A DNA stretch of 64,000 nucleotides from Verrucomicrobiia bacterium. Lineage in GTDB: Bacteria; Verrucomicrobiota; Verrucomicrobiia; Limisphaerales; UBA1319. Position numbers and translations under genes: made by a program. A model generated the notes under the pieces. That model was not told the DNA's origin. It searched no databases and saw only the letters and a list, made by a program, of their open reading frames with translations. The stretch lies in the NCBI GenBank assembly GCA_963664225.1, contig OY760937.1, positions 1,792,001-1,856,000 of the forward strand. Direction: 5' to 3'. Positions 18,444 to 28,839 of this stretch are shown here, piece by piece (position 1 is the stretch's first letter; each line of letters starts with the position of its first letter).

Positions 18444-20162
18444 TCAGAAATTTTGGATGGCAGCGGGAACACCACCCTGCCATATCCAATCGCCCTCGTT
18501 CATCGAGATCCTGTTCGAAGGTTTGTTAATAGCCATGCCACCGTCGTCCTTCCCGTTGAAGCCGATCGAATAGAGCACGAAGTGTTCCTTATCAATCCGG
18601 CGATACCGGTAAGGTTCGCCAGTCAACATATCGTGAGGCACCTTCTCGATATATTGCGGCATCAGGTCGCCAAGACCCGCCGGGTATTCCTTCCTATCAA
18701 GAAAATACCGCTCCAGGGCGCAGCCCAGATACGCCAAATCCACAGTCGTTTGTTCCAGGACGGCCGGTTTCGCCAGAGAATAAATGGTCCATAAACATTC
18801 ACTAACCTTGACCTTGTGATGCCAATAAGGGTGGAATATACTCGGGCTATTCCACAAGCCGGTTATGCGCGCAAGTTCGTTGGTGGACATCCTCCCATTT
18901 GCGAGATCGAAAACTCGCGGGACGAATTCATCATAACATTGGCTCAGATGCAGCTTTTCAAAATCATACCAACCTGCGGGTCCCCATTGGTAATAAAGAA
19001 CATACGGTAACGCACCACTATTCTCGAGGTTCAATTTCCACTGTTCCCAATCGAATCGACTCCGCTGATATTCCTTTCGATCTTCATCGACCAGCGGAAT
19101 GCACCATGCTCGATGACACATGAGAACCCGACTTGCCTCGACAATTTCGTTGTTTGGGATTCTCAGTTTCTGCAAACGCTCCAATTGAGCAGCCGACCAC
19201 AGGTGTCTCGACGCCCCTTCCCATATCGCCTGCGTCAAGTAACGATCAGAGGCCCAACGGACAGTATAGGATGTCTTCCACGGATCCGTTTTTAATGAAT
19301 TGCAAAGGTGGAATCCGAGTTCGAGATCGGCCATTGCCGAATCGGTTTGACCTGACTCCAAGTGGCAGATGGCTGATATCCGCAGGAAAGAGGTGAGATT
19401 CATAATTACGTTTCGATGCGGTTGCCTGATGGCGTATATCGGCTCATTGTCGTATTTGACTGGATAGCGACAATAAGGGCGCTTCATGGCGGATCGGAGC
19501 TCGTCCCAAACCGGCTGCATGGTTTCCATGCTTTGAAGAATCTCCTGTGCCTGCTCGTTCTTACTCATCTGGGAATAACGTTCAACCAGTGGATCAACCT
19601 TGGTGGATTCAATTTCCCGGTCGGCTGTTGCCGAATTCGACGGGGGGACAAGGCCGTAACGCTTCAGCATCGCCGGGCTCATCCTTGGGAAGTGCCCCTT
19701 CGAGCCAGGAGCCTGGTTGGTCAAGACTTCAGATAAAGAGGTATGCAAACCGAGCATCCAATTTCCACCGCCGAAATCCAAATGCTTGTTGAAAATAGAA
19801 TCAGTGAGTTGTTTGATCCTCGAGGAGGAATTCGTGTCCCGGTATTCCTGCGTGCCGGGTTTGAAATCGTATAAAGCCGCCAGAACCGGCGTCATGGCAA
19901 AATTCTCAGCGTCCGGCACTTGTGGCGGAATGCAGGACTTCCAATCCAAATGCAATCCCTGCGCGGTCTTCGCCTGCACGTAGTTCGTCCAGGCGCGATG
20001 CCCGCGCCAGTTTTCTTCCGCATAGAATGCCAGGACGAGGGCGACACCGATCAACGCCATCCGCCAAAGAATCCGGAAGCTGAACAACCGGCGAATTCGC
20101 GATACACGGGAGCCTTGTTTCATGTTCAGATCTCCACCAGCCGGTCCTTCTGGAAGATTCAT
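18444..20162 (-). CDS. Hypothetical membrane-anchored protein with C-terminal GspG-pseudopilin-like segment
   Basis: Single N-terminal TM; C-terminus ALERY....YPAGL..L...DMLTGEPYRY...LYSIG.NGKDDGG. Confidence 0.75.
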   Translation of the reverse strand: MNLPEGPAGGDLNMKQGSRVSRIRRLFSFRILWRMALIGVALVLAFYAEENWRGHRAWTNYVQAKTAQGLHLDWKSCIPPQVPDAENFAMTPVLAALYDFKPGTQEYRDTNSSSRIKQLTDSIFNKHLDFGGGNWMLGLHTSLSEVLTNQAPGSKGHFPRMSPAMLKRYGLVPPSNSATADREIESTKVDPLVERYSQMSKNEQAQEILQSMETMQPVWDELRSAMKRPYCRYPVKYDNEPIYAIRQPHRNVIMNLTSFLRISAICHLESGQTDSAMADLELGFHLCNSLKTDPWKTSYTVRWASDRYLTQAIWEGASRHLWSAAQLERLQKLRIPNNEIVEASRVLMCHRAWCIPLVDEDRKEYQRSRFDWEQWKLNLENSGALPYVLYYQWGPAGWYDFEKLHLSQCYDEFVPRVFDLANGRMSTNELARITGLWNSPSIFHPYWHHKVKVSECLWTIYSLAKPAVLEQTTVDLAYLGCALERYFLDRKEYPAGLGDLMPQYIEKVPHDMLTGEPYRYRRIDKEHFVLYSIGFNGKDDGGMAINKPSNRISMNEGDWIWQGGVPAAIQNF

Positions 20163-20262
20163 ACCCTGCAGACCATGTCAGATTCTCCACCTTCCTGCGA
20201 CTAATTTTAATCCCGTTTTGCGCTGTGATCAGTTAATCTGCGGATGACGCCCCGCCCTTCGC

Positions 20263-22554
20263 CTACTCACGCCACGGCACTTCGTAAACCCGCACCGGTT
20301 CGCGAATGCCTTTGGCGACCACGGGGGATTGTTCCACGCAGGTCGCCGCCAGGGCCGGATCGCCGACCAGCAAGTCCGCGTGGGTGGACGCGCTGATGAT
20401 GATGCGGCTGCGCCCGGAAACCCCTTCCAGGCGGCTGGCGACGTTCACTTCGCGTCCGAACACGGTGTAGTTGAGGATGTGCTTGTCGGAACCCATCAGG
20501 CCCACGGTCGCCACCCCCGTGTTCAAACCGGTGCCCATGTCGAGTATCGGCAATGGCGCCTGAAACGGCAGGCCCGCGGCATTGTCCGCTTCGCGTTTCC
20601 GATTTTCCTCCGTCCGCGTTGCGTTGAGCTGATGAATCGCGCGCTGGATTTCGATGGCGGCGCGCACCGCCCGCAACGCGTGATCGGGATACGCCGCAGG
20701 CGCGCCCCAAAAGGCCATCACACAATCGCCGATGTATTTATCCAGCGTGCCGTTGTGTTTCTTGATGATGTCCGCCACCACGCTCAAATACAGGTTCACC
20801 GTCATGAGCATCTCCCGCGCCTGCGCGTCAAAGAAATCAGCCGCATCGCGCTCTTGAAGCTGCCGGGAACGCGCGGATTCCGCAGCCCGCGCCTGGTGGG
20901 CGTCTGTGATCTCAGTGAAACCGCGCACGTCGGCAAAGAAAATCGTGATGCGCCGGCTGGCGCCGCCGAGGGACAAATGTTCCGCATTGAGCAGTTCATT
21001 GACCACATCAGGCGATACGAGGCGGGAAAAGACCGACCGCACCCGCCGCCGTTCCTGCTGCTCGAAAATCACGCGGTAGGTCACCATGCACAGGTGCGTC
21101 GTGAACAAGGCGCCAAAAACCGGCAGCACGATGGGCGCCCAGATCCGCATTTCGACAAATAGCGACAACGCGGCGGCCAGTTCCACCACCATCAGCACCA
21201 GCACCAGGAACGAGGCCCAAAGCACCCGCAGCCGCCATGTCAGCCATGCCGAAATGAGGCTCATCGCCAGAATCAAACCCAGGGCGATCGGGACCGGGAC
21301 CGGCCGTATCACCCGGTCCATCAACAGGGCGTTGGCCACATTCCAATGCTGGCTGATGCCGAAAGTCTCCTTCTCGAGCGAAGTGGCCACCTTGTCGCGC
21401 AAATCGTTTCCGGTGGCGGTGGACCCGACCATTACCAGCCGTCCTTTAAACAGGTCCGGCGTTTCGTTGGTCATTCCATTCTCGCGCAGGATATCCCGCG
21501 CCAGCAGGGCCTCTAATGAGGTCGAAGCCAGGACGGGGTCGTTGATCGGAATGCTCCAATCGATCACAAACCGCCCCTCCCCATCCACCGGAATCACCCG
21601 CTGAATCGCGCCCGGCCCGCGCAAAATAATCCGCCCGGGCGCCACTTCGGCATGGTCCAGATCCAGTCCCAGCCCCAGCGCCGCCATCGCGATCCCCATA
21701 TTCCACACGCGCGCATCGACATAGGCCGGAGCGCGACCTGGCGCTGGATTGGCTGATTCATCGTGCAACACATCGGCCTTGAAACGACCCACATCGAAAG
21801 TGCCGTTCGTATCCGTGGCCAGTGCGAACGGCAATGGCACCACCGCGCCATTCCTGTGGCATGTGAATTCGCCCGCTGCGTTGCGCCGCACGGTGAGCAA
21901 ATCCACCCCCTCCAATTGAGCCGCCTGCACGATCGACGGATGCCAGATGCGGTAATCTGAAAAAGCCCTGGCCCGACGCAGTATCCCGTCCCTCTCGACT
22001 TCCGCAGTGATGTCCCCCATCTGGCTGGCATTCGTCCGGAATAATGCCGCTGGAGGAAAGCCCCGGGCTGCGGCAAGAACGACGTTGCCGGCGCTCTTTA
22101 TCTCCCGGGCAAAAAACTGGTCCGAACCAATCCGCCGCCCATCCGGCAACAACAGTGCGGCATGATCCGGGCGATTTTCGCCAAACGCGATGTCAAAGCC
22201 CACAGCCGTGGCCCCCTGCCGGGAAAGCTCCCGCACCACGCGTCCATATAAATGCCTGGGCCAGTATAGACCGTATTGGAAGCCAAGGGAACCGTCGCCG
22301 ATCACACCAATGCTCGCGTCGCTGATGAAGACGGCACCGAGATTGGTGGCCGTCACGGGCGCCATCTTCGCCGCCCAACGCACCCGCCAATCGAAGCTCA
22401 TCCATTCGAGACGATTGGCAAACTCGACGGGAGCGAAACGGGCCGGCGCGAGTTGCAAAAAACAAAAGAAACCCGCCACCAGGGCGGGTATCACGACCAG
22501 ACCCCACTTAAACCGCAAAGCCGCGCTTCGGTGTTTTGCGGGCTGGGAGGTCAT
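20263..22554 (-). CDS. CHASE2-domain class III adenylate cyclase
   Basis: WPR..Y, GFDIAF, DGILRR (CHASE2); three TMs; FADVRGFT, LDKYIGDCVM, VNVASRLE. Confidence 0.92.
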   Translation of the reverse strand: MTSQPAKHRSAALRFKWGLVVIPALVAGFFCFLQLAPARFAPVEFANRLEWMSFDWRVRWAAKMAPVTATNLGAVFISDASIGVIGDGSLGFQYGLYWPRHLYGRVVRELSRQGATAVGFDIAFGENRPDHAALLLPDGRRIGSDQFFAREIKSAGNVVLAAARGFPPAALFRTNASQMGDITAEVERDGILRRARAFSDYRIWHPSIVQAAQLEGVDLLTVRRNAAGEFTCHRNGAVVPLPFALATDTNGTFDVGRFKADVLHDESANPAPGRAPAYVDARVWNMGIAMAALGLGLDLDHAEVAPGRIILRGPGAIQRVIPVDGEGRFVIDWSIPINDPVLASTSLEALLARDILRENGMTNETPDLFKGRLVMVGSTATGNDLRDKVATSLEKETFGISQHWNVANALLMDRVIRPVPVPIALGLILAMSLISAWLTWRLRVLWASFLVLVLMVVELAAALSLFVEMRIWAPIVLPVFGALFTTHLCMVTYRVIFEQQERRRVRSVFSRLVSPDVVNELLNAEHLSLGGASRRITIFFADVRGFTEITDAHQARAAESARSRQLQERDAADFFDAQAREMLMTVNLYLSVVADIIKKHNGTLDKYIGDCVMAFWGAPAAYPDHALRAVRAAIEIQRAIHQLNATRTEENRKREADNAAGLPFQAPLPILDMGTGLNTGVATVGLMGSDKHILNYTVFGREVNVASRLEGVSGRSRIIISASTHADLLVGDPALAATCVEQSPVVAKGIREPVRVYEVPWRE

Positions 22555-22573
22555 GGGATCGATCACAGAAATG

Positions 22574-22608
22574 AAAAAACCCAAGGCATCGAAGACGCCC
22601 TGGGTTTT
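22574..22608 (-). terminator. Terminator-like hairpin between FecR gene and cyclase
   Basis: AAAACCCAAGGC..GCCCTGGGTTTT stem with T-run on minus strand. Confidence 0.65.
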
Positions 22609-22641
22609 GTCTTAAAGTTCTTCCGATTCCATCACATCGGA

Positions 22642-23412
22642 CTAGTCTTGCGGCGGCGTCACAGGAGCAGACGCGGGGGCAGGATTGCCGATGATCGGGG
22701 ACACGGGCACCTCAATGGGCTTCACAACTCCACCAACGGGAGTGACGACCACCGGGGGTTGACCCGTAGGAGGCATCGGCAAAGGCGACCAACCGGCAGG
22801 AGGCGTGTTCTGAATCGTGGGAACGCCAGCGGCATCCGTGGGAGGAATGAACCATTCGCCTTCGCGGACAGTCATGGTGGTGACTTTGCCGGACGGCGAC
22901 ACGTAGGTCACGATCACTTCGCCCGTCACAACATGAACGACACCCGAGGCGCTTATGTCATATTCCGTGCCGCGAATGCCCACGGTGCCCGTCGGCACTT
23001 TGACTTCATAGCGGGAGGCGGCGGCCAATTTCTTGACGTTGCCCAAAATACGTCCGCTGGCGAGATTCAACTGGGTCTCGACCACGGTTTCCGCACCCGT
23101 GTCATCAAACAGAATTTTGTCCAAACCGAGCGTGGTGTCTGACGTCAAACGAACCACCGGGCCATTTTGCTTAAGGAACAGATCCACTTGAGAATCCGAA
23201 GCGGTTTTGACTACAGCGCCCGCTTTGAGGACTTTGCCCACCTTCAGCGGGGTCCAGGCGCCACCCGCGTCGGAATACTGCGCACTGCCGCGCAAGGATG
23301 TGACTGTTGCCGTTCCTTCTTGTTGAGCCTGAGCGGAGCTGAGCATGGCCGAAACCACGAGAGCGACTCCGCCAGCCGCCAATTTAGATATTAAGCTACC
23401 GAGGTGTTTCAT
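22642..23412 (-). CDS. Secreted FecR-domain protein with Pro-rich tail
   Basis: Signal peptide; VKT..DS.V.L, YEVKVPTGTVGIRGTEY, V.TGEV. Confidence 0.85.
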   Translation of the reverse strand: MKHLGSLISKLAAGGVALVVSAMLSSAQAQQEGTATVTSLRGSAQYSDAGGAWTPLKVGKVLKAGAVVKTASDSQVDLFLKQNGPVVRLTSDTTLGLDKILFDDTGAETVVETQLNLASGRILGNVKKLAAASRYEVKVPTGTVGIRGTEYDISASGVVHVVTGEVIVTYVSPSGKVTTMTVREGEWFIPPTDAAGVPTIQNTPPAGWSPLPMPPTGQPPVVVTPVGGVVKPIEVPVSPIIGNPAPASAPVTPPQD

Positions 23413-23532
23413 ATTATGCTCCAGATTTGATCAATTTACCTTAAATCTTCGCCCACTTTAGTGACTCAGCGCCAATTGTCAACCGCATAATTCGCAGTTC
23501 AATCAACTTTCTCAAAAAAAAGCGGCAAAGAG

Positions 23533-25404
23533 TCATTTTTTGCCGCTGGAAGCGGCCTTGCGACGATCGATCAGCCAAATATACTTCAAAGCAATCGGGT
23601 TGTCATTATGATTTAACTGGTATGACCGTATAAACCACACCCTCGCCCCATCGTAATCTCCGAGTTGAATCAAATGCCATCCTTGATGGGCCAAGGTGTA
23701 ATACCCATTGGGATCCAATTCCAGAGCACGCTCAAAATATCGCGCCGCCTCCTCTTGCCGCCCCAACCAGTCCAGGCACATCCCATATCGCAGCCAGGAG
23801 TATCCATCGTATGGATTGATTTTCGTGGCTCGATCAAACCATTCCATTGCCTTCTGCGCGAGCAGTTTATAATCGGAGTTACCCTCCCAGCTATGCATCC
23901 GCCAGGACTCGCCAATCTCGTAGGCGGTCTTGGAATTCATCGGTTCCCCGGCAAAAGCCTTTTCAAGGGCTTCGATTCGCGCCATCGAATATTCCTTCAG
24001 CTTCTCAGCATTGGCCAGGCGCACCTCTTCGCGAAAACGACGAATCCCCTGGGTCCCCAAATAATACATTCCACCCAGGCAGAGGATCGTGACCAGAATT
24101 TTGAAACCTACGCGGCCCCGGACCCAGTATCGGTCTGTTGAAAATCGTAAATGACTCGACATCAATGCCATGAGAGTCACTGCGAGAATCGCATTCGCCG
24201 GGATTCGCATGTTAAAATCCACCACCGAATGCAAAAGAATGGCCATCAGGCCAATGGATGCGCCCAAAACAAAAGCCGGTTTGTTGCTTTTCCGGGAAGC
24301 GCCATCGCTGGAGACGCGCAGCACAAATTTCCAGGTTTGGAATACGCCCACATAGAGCAAAACCCACGCCGAAAGCACCAATGCCGTTCCCACCACCCCG
24401 TAATCGGACAGCGTGTTCAGATAATCGTTGTGAACATAATAGGGGCGCATTTGCACCTCTTCAGGCCGGTATTGCCGGAACCGGAGATCGAAATGCCCCG
24501 GCCCGACCCCCAGCAACACGTTTTCCTCCCACATCTTCAGGGCCGGTTTCCACAGCCGAAAGCGGGTATCCTCAAGCTTGCCCGCCACGAACATTTCGCT
24601 GAAGCGTTTTTGCGTCATCCTCGCGTTCGAGACGAAGGCCACGCCAAAACCGAGCAAAACCACCAGAGCGACGATCGCGGGAATCCGATACTGGCGCTGG
24701 CGCAACAGCACAATGAACAGCACCGTCAACGCCAGAGCGGTGGCAATCCAGCCGCCCCGGGAAATGGAAGTGGCTATCCCGGCCAGCATCACCAATCCGG
24801 CATACCCGATAAAAATCCTGGTCACCGCACTAATCTTGCCCATGAACACATAGGCCAATGTCAGCGGCAGCACCATCTCCAGAAAGCCCGCCAGGTGATT
24901 CGGGCAGATATAAGTGCCCGAACCCCGCTTCATATACTGGGCAGGCTTGATAAAGCCCCAAACACGGTCCGAATTGGTTGCAAACTGATAAATTCCATAG
25001 GCGGCAACCGCCATGGCCAGAAAAATCAGGACGAAACTGATGATTTGCGTCGATTCCTGATGATGCAGATGGTTCACCACCGCAAAAAACAGGAAGGCAT
25101 AAATAATCACGCGGATCATCTCCTCCCGCGCGGTATATTCGACTCCGGCCTGGAAATAACGGACAATCACATACGTGGCAAAGGCCAGCACGGCCCAACC
25201 GATGGGAGGAAATAAGAAACGGCGGGACTCGCCAAACCAAAGCCGGACAATCCACAGACCCAGAACGCCGATCGTCAAGCCCTGGATCACCAGAAAGTCC
25301 GTGGGACGCACCGCGCCGGTGGCCAGCGGACCAAACACCAGGATCGCCAAGACCAGGCCCAAAATCCCCCACTCGCACCAGCGATCAATCCGTTCGCGAT
25401 TCAT
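23533..25404 (-). CDS. O-antigen ligase/Wzy_C family protein with C-terminal TPRs
   Basis: Multi-TM, SISRGG, GVGPG.F, VHNDYL; TPR-like C-terminus. Confidence 0.9.
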   Translation of the reverse strand: MNRERIDRWCEWGILGLVLAILVFGPLATGAVRPTDFLVIQGLTIGVLGLWIVRLWFGESRRFLFPPIGWAVLAFATYVIVRYFQAGVEYTAREEMIRVIIYAFLFFAVVNHLHHQESTQIISFVLIFLAMAVAAYGIYQFATNSDRVWGFIKPAQYMKRGSGTYICPNHLAGFLEMVLPLTLAYVFMGKISAVTRIFIGYAGLVMLAGIATSISRGGWIATALALTVLFIVLLRQRQYRIPAIVALVVLLGFGVAFVSNARMTQKRFSEMFVAGKLEDTRFRLWKPALKMWEENVLLGVGPGHFDLRFRQYRPEEVQMRPYYVHNDYLNTLSDYGVVGTALVLSAWVLLYVGVFQTWKFVLRVSSDGASRKSNKPAFVLGASIGLMAILLHSVVDFNMRIPANAILAVTLMALMSSHLRFSTDRYWVRGRVGFKILVTILCLGGMYYLGTQGIRRFREEVRLANAEKLKEYSMARIEALEKAFAGEPMNSKTAYEIGESWRMHSWEGNSDYKLLAQKAMEWFDRATKINPYDGYSWLRYGMCLDWLGRQEEAARYFERALELDPNGYYTLAHQGWHLIQLGDYDGARVWFIRSYQLNHNDNPIALKYIWLIDRRKAASSGKK

Positions 25405-25554
25405 CAGGCCAAGGAGCCTACCCGAATCAACCGGTTCCGGTCACTTAAAAACTCGAAATGCTCCACGGGGCTTTGCGCCACGCCGGCTTGGTGTGGAACA
25501 AAAGTTGCTTCCCATGGTTTTTTTAGTGCCAAAGTGCTCTTTGAGCCTTCCTGT

Positions 25555-27090
25555 TTACACACAAGACTCGGGAGCCGGCTTCATGAGATTGGAATCCTGG
25601 GGATGCATACCGACCTCCCCGGCGGTTTGGGTGGATCGCTCGAAACGGAGGACCGCGCCGCGAAAATCCACGCCATCGGCAGATAAGGCGGCGACGGGCA
25701 ATTCAAATTGTCCGTCTGGCAGGGCAAACCGGAAGCTGAACCCTCCGTCCGGCCGCAGGCGTATCGGATGGCTGCCAATCTCGACCCTGGCGTCGGGTTC
25801 TGTGGCGCCGTAAATGACCAGTTCCGCATTCACCGTGAACCAGAACTTTCGGCCAGGCACGGCACCCGGTTGGCCGGGTTGGACGGACTGGCCGGGCAGA
25901 AAGCTTGTCGGCAAGGAAAACACTCCCGGAAATGAAGAGGGCAATCCTCCAGGCTGGGGAACTGGTGCTGTGCCCGGAACTTCTTGCGGGCCTGAAACCG
26001 GACCGGGGATTTCACGTTCGGGCCCGACCATTTCAACCCACTGGAGTGAGTTGGCCATGCCGACTGACTTCGCTGTTTGAACCGGGGCGCCCAAGGTTGC
26101 CAGGGCAGCTTGAACTTCCGGGATCCAGGGAACATCGGATGCAGGAGTGATCCGGGCCGCCGGAAAATTGCGCACAAGCGGCTCCGGTTCCACCCCAAGG
26201 CCTGTGCTTAATATCCCGGGAACGGGTGTCTCCAGGACAGGAAACACCACGGTGTGCATCTGTGCTGTGGCGGGTTCGGCCGGCGCCTCCGCAGGGGTGG
26301 CCGCCAAAGCAGGGTCCGCAATGGGCACCCAGGCCCCTGCCCGGTTCCGATAACCCATTTCCACCCGGTATTCGGCGCCCGCGCGCGCCACTGGGATGAA
26401 CCATTCGCACGCTTCAGGCGTTAAAATGACATCGTGCTCCCCGCCCTGCCCCACCACGGCAACCTTCAGGTGGATGCAACCGTCAACGGCGCGCAAACGG
26501 TGGAGTGCGAGTGCGCCGGCTGGAAAATCCCACGTTGCGAACAAACAATGGGGATCGCGCGCAAGAAGATGGAGAATCCCCCGTTCGAGTTCTTGAAACT
26601 CCATTACAGGCACTCCCGGGTGCAGCGCCAATGGTTCGGGGACGTGAATTGCCATTTGCTCCGTTACTGCTGGCTGGGGCGCCATCGCAGGTTCCAAATT
26701 CACCAAGGCAGTTTGCGCATGGGCCAGGGTCGGAATGATCGGCGCCACTTCGAGGACGGATACGGTTAAAAACCGGGGCTTGGAACTTTGGACCGGGCTG
26801 GTCTGAATATTTTCAACTCGCTCTTCAACTCTCTCTTGAACAAGTAATTGTGCCTCAGCCAGCGGTGTCTCCACTAGTTGGGATTCCGAAATCCGTGGCA
26901 CCAGCGGGGGAGGTGCTGTTTCGAGTAAAATCGGGGGAATGACAAGAGCCTGAGAGCGCGGTTTGGCGATGCGCGGGGCGGCTTTTGCAGCCCGGACCGG
27001 AGTCCTGCGCTTCGCTGGCAAAGCGACGCCAGCCGACGTCCGCACTTTCTTGCGTGCCGGCTTCACCGCTTTTTTGACAGGCTTTTTCAT
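25555..27090 (-). CDS. DUF4912-domain protein
   Basis: LLARDPHCLFATWD; C-terminal FWFTVNAELVIYGATEPDA...RPDG.FSFRFALPDG; Lys/Arg-rich N-terminus. Confidence 0.85.
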   Translation of the reverse strand: MKKPVKKAVKPARKKVRTSAGVALPAKRRTPVRAAKAAPRIAKPRSQALVIPPILLETAPPPLVPRISESQLVETPLAEAQLLVQERVEERVENIQTSPVQSSKPRFLTVSVLEVAPIIPTLAHAQTALVNLEPAMAPQPAVTEQMAIHVPEPLALHPGVPVMEFQELERGILHLLARDPHCLFATWDFPAGALALHRLRAVDGCIHLKVAVVGQGGEHDVILTPEACEWFIPVARAGAEYRVEMGYRNRAGAWVPIADPALAATPAEAPAEPATAQMHTVVFPVLETPVPGILSTGLGVEPEPLVRNFPAARITPASDVPWIPEVQAALATLGAPVQTAKSVGMANSLQWVEMVGPEREIPGPVSGPQEVPGTAPVPQPGGLPSSFPGVFSLPTSFLPGQSVQPGQPGAVPGRKFWFTVNAELVIYGATEPDARVEIGSHPIRLRPDGGFSFRFALPDGQFELPVAALSADGVDFRGAVLRFERSTQTAGEVGMHPQDSNLMKPAPESCV

Positions 27091-27217
27091 AACGTTATCC
27101 TCGCATAAAGACGGGCTTTTAAAAAGGATTATTCTGGCGAATATGAGGACTTTTCAAGGCTGCAGCCAAAAGGATTGGATTGCCTAACGCCCCGATATTC
27201 TTAAAAATCCTATTCGC

Positions 27218-28837
27218 ATGGTTTTTAACTCACTCGTATTCCTGATTTTTTTGGGAATCGTTTTGATTCTGTACTTTCGGTTGAACTTCCGGGGGCAGAA
27301 TTGGATGCTGATCTGCGCCAGCTACCTTTTTTATGGCTGGTGGGATTATCGTTTTTTGGCGCTGCTGCTGTTTACGACGTTTTTCGATTATTATTGCGCC
27401 TTGTGGATCGATCGGGAGTCGAATTCCAAAAGACGGAAACTCCTGCTGGCTTCGAGCATGACGGTGAATCTGGGCGTGCTGTGCATTTTCAAGTATTTCA
27501 ATTTCTTCATGGATAGCCTGCAAAGCGCCATGGGGACTGTCGGTGTCACCATGAGCTTTCCGATGCTGCATGTCGTTCTGCCGGTCGGAATATCGTTTTA
27601 TACCTTTTTGTCGATGAGCTACACCATCGACGTTTACCGGAGGGAGTTGAAAGCGACAAATAATCCCAGCGATTTCATGCTCTACGTGGCGTTTTTTCCG
27701 CATTTGGTGGCCGGACCCATCGTTCGCGCCTCAATCCTGCTGCCCCAATGTCAAAAGCCGCGCACGATCATCCCGGCAGAGGTGGCCAATGGCCTCTGGC
27801 TCATTCTCATGGGATTTGTCAAAAAAGTCGTGATTGCCGATCGTCTGGCGCAAGTCGTCAACTGGGGTTTCACTGGAGGTGTGCCGCCTTATGCGGATGC
27901 GAATTCGTGGTTGATCATCTACGCCTTTGCGTTCCAGATTTACGGCGATTTTTCAGGGTACTCGGACATTGCGCGGGGGGTGTCCAAGCTGATGGGATTT
28001 GAACTGGTGGAAAATTTCCGGGCGCCCTACCTGGTAACCAATCCATCGGCCTTTTGGCGGCACTGGCACATCAGCCTCTCCACCTGGCTGCGGGATTACC
28101 TGTATATACCGCTGGGGGGGAATCGATACGGGTCGTATAAGACTTATCGCAATCTGATGATTACCATGTTGCTGGGCGGGCTGTGGCATGGTGCGGGCGC
28201 GGCCTATGTTCTGTGGGGGCTTTATCATGGGGTGTTGTTGGCGGCACAGAGGGCATGGAACGGGGTCATGGAGCGGGTTTGCGGCCAGAGGGCCTCATTG
28301 TCCACGGTTTCACAAATCCAGGCAAAGGCCATGGTGCATCCAAGGGTCGAACGGGAATTGGTGCCGGTGGGAATTCAGGAAGCGCCAATGGATTGTGAGG
28401 GGAAGAATCGCCAAAAATCGGGAGTGCGGGAAACCGTGGCAGCCACCGATGAACAGACCTCCATACCGTTGCAGACCGCGTCTCCGATATTCGCAATGCT
28501 CAAGAACGCGGTGTTCGTCCTATTGTTTTTTCATTTAACGTGCCTGGGATGGCTGCTTTTCCGCGCCGGCGCGCTTCCCCACGGAGTGAACCAGGTGAAA
28601 TGCGTTACGGATTACCTCCACACGCTGATGGTTTTTCCGTCAGCCTTCAGTCCCATGGGCCAGGGAGTCCTATTGCTGGGTGGGGTGGCCTTGTTCTTTC
28701 AGTGGAAATATGATGCGATGAATCGTTTCTCACAATGGTCGGACGGTTGGAAGGCGATCGGTGTGATCACGGCCATTGCGGCCATTGCCGGGCTCGGAGT
28801 CTTCGAAGGCTCCCAATTCATTTACTTCCAATTCTAA
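27218..28837 (+). CDS. MBOAT O-acyltransferase (AlgI/PatA-like)
   Basis: LPVGISFYTF, FFPHLVAGPI, FQIYGDFSGYSD, FWRHWHISLS.W.RDYLYIPLGG, GLWHGA, FIYFQF. Confidence 0.95.
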   Translation: MVFNSLVFLIFLGIVLILYFRLNFRGQNWMLICASYLFYGWWDYRFLALLLFTTFFDYYCALWIDRESNSKRRKLLLASSMTVNLGVLCIFKYFNFFMDSLQSAMGTVGVTMSFPMLHVVLPVGISFYTFLSMSYTIDVYRRELKATNNPSDFMLYVAFFPHLVAGPIVRASILLPQCQKPRTIIPAEVANGLWLILMGFVKKVVIADRLAQVVNWGFTGGVPPYADANSWLIIYAFAFQIYGDFSGYSDIARGVSKLMGFELVENFRAPYLVTNPSAFWRHWHISLSTWLRDYLYIPLGGNRYGSYKTYRNLMITMLLGGLWHGAGAAYVLWGLYHGVLLAAQRAWNGVMERVCGQRASLSTVSQIQAKAMVHPRVERELVPVGIQEAPMDCEGKNRQKSGVRETVAATDEQTSIPLQTASPIFAMLKNAVFVLLFFHLTCLGWLLFRAGALPHGVNQVKCVTDYLHTLMVFPSAFSPMGQGVLLLGGVALFFQWKYDAMNRFSQWSDGWKAIGVITAIAAIAGLGVFEGSQFIYFQF

Positions 28838-28839
28838 AC

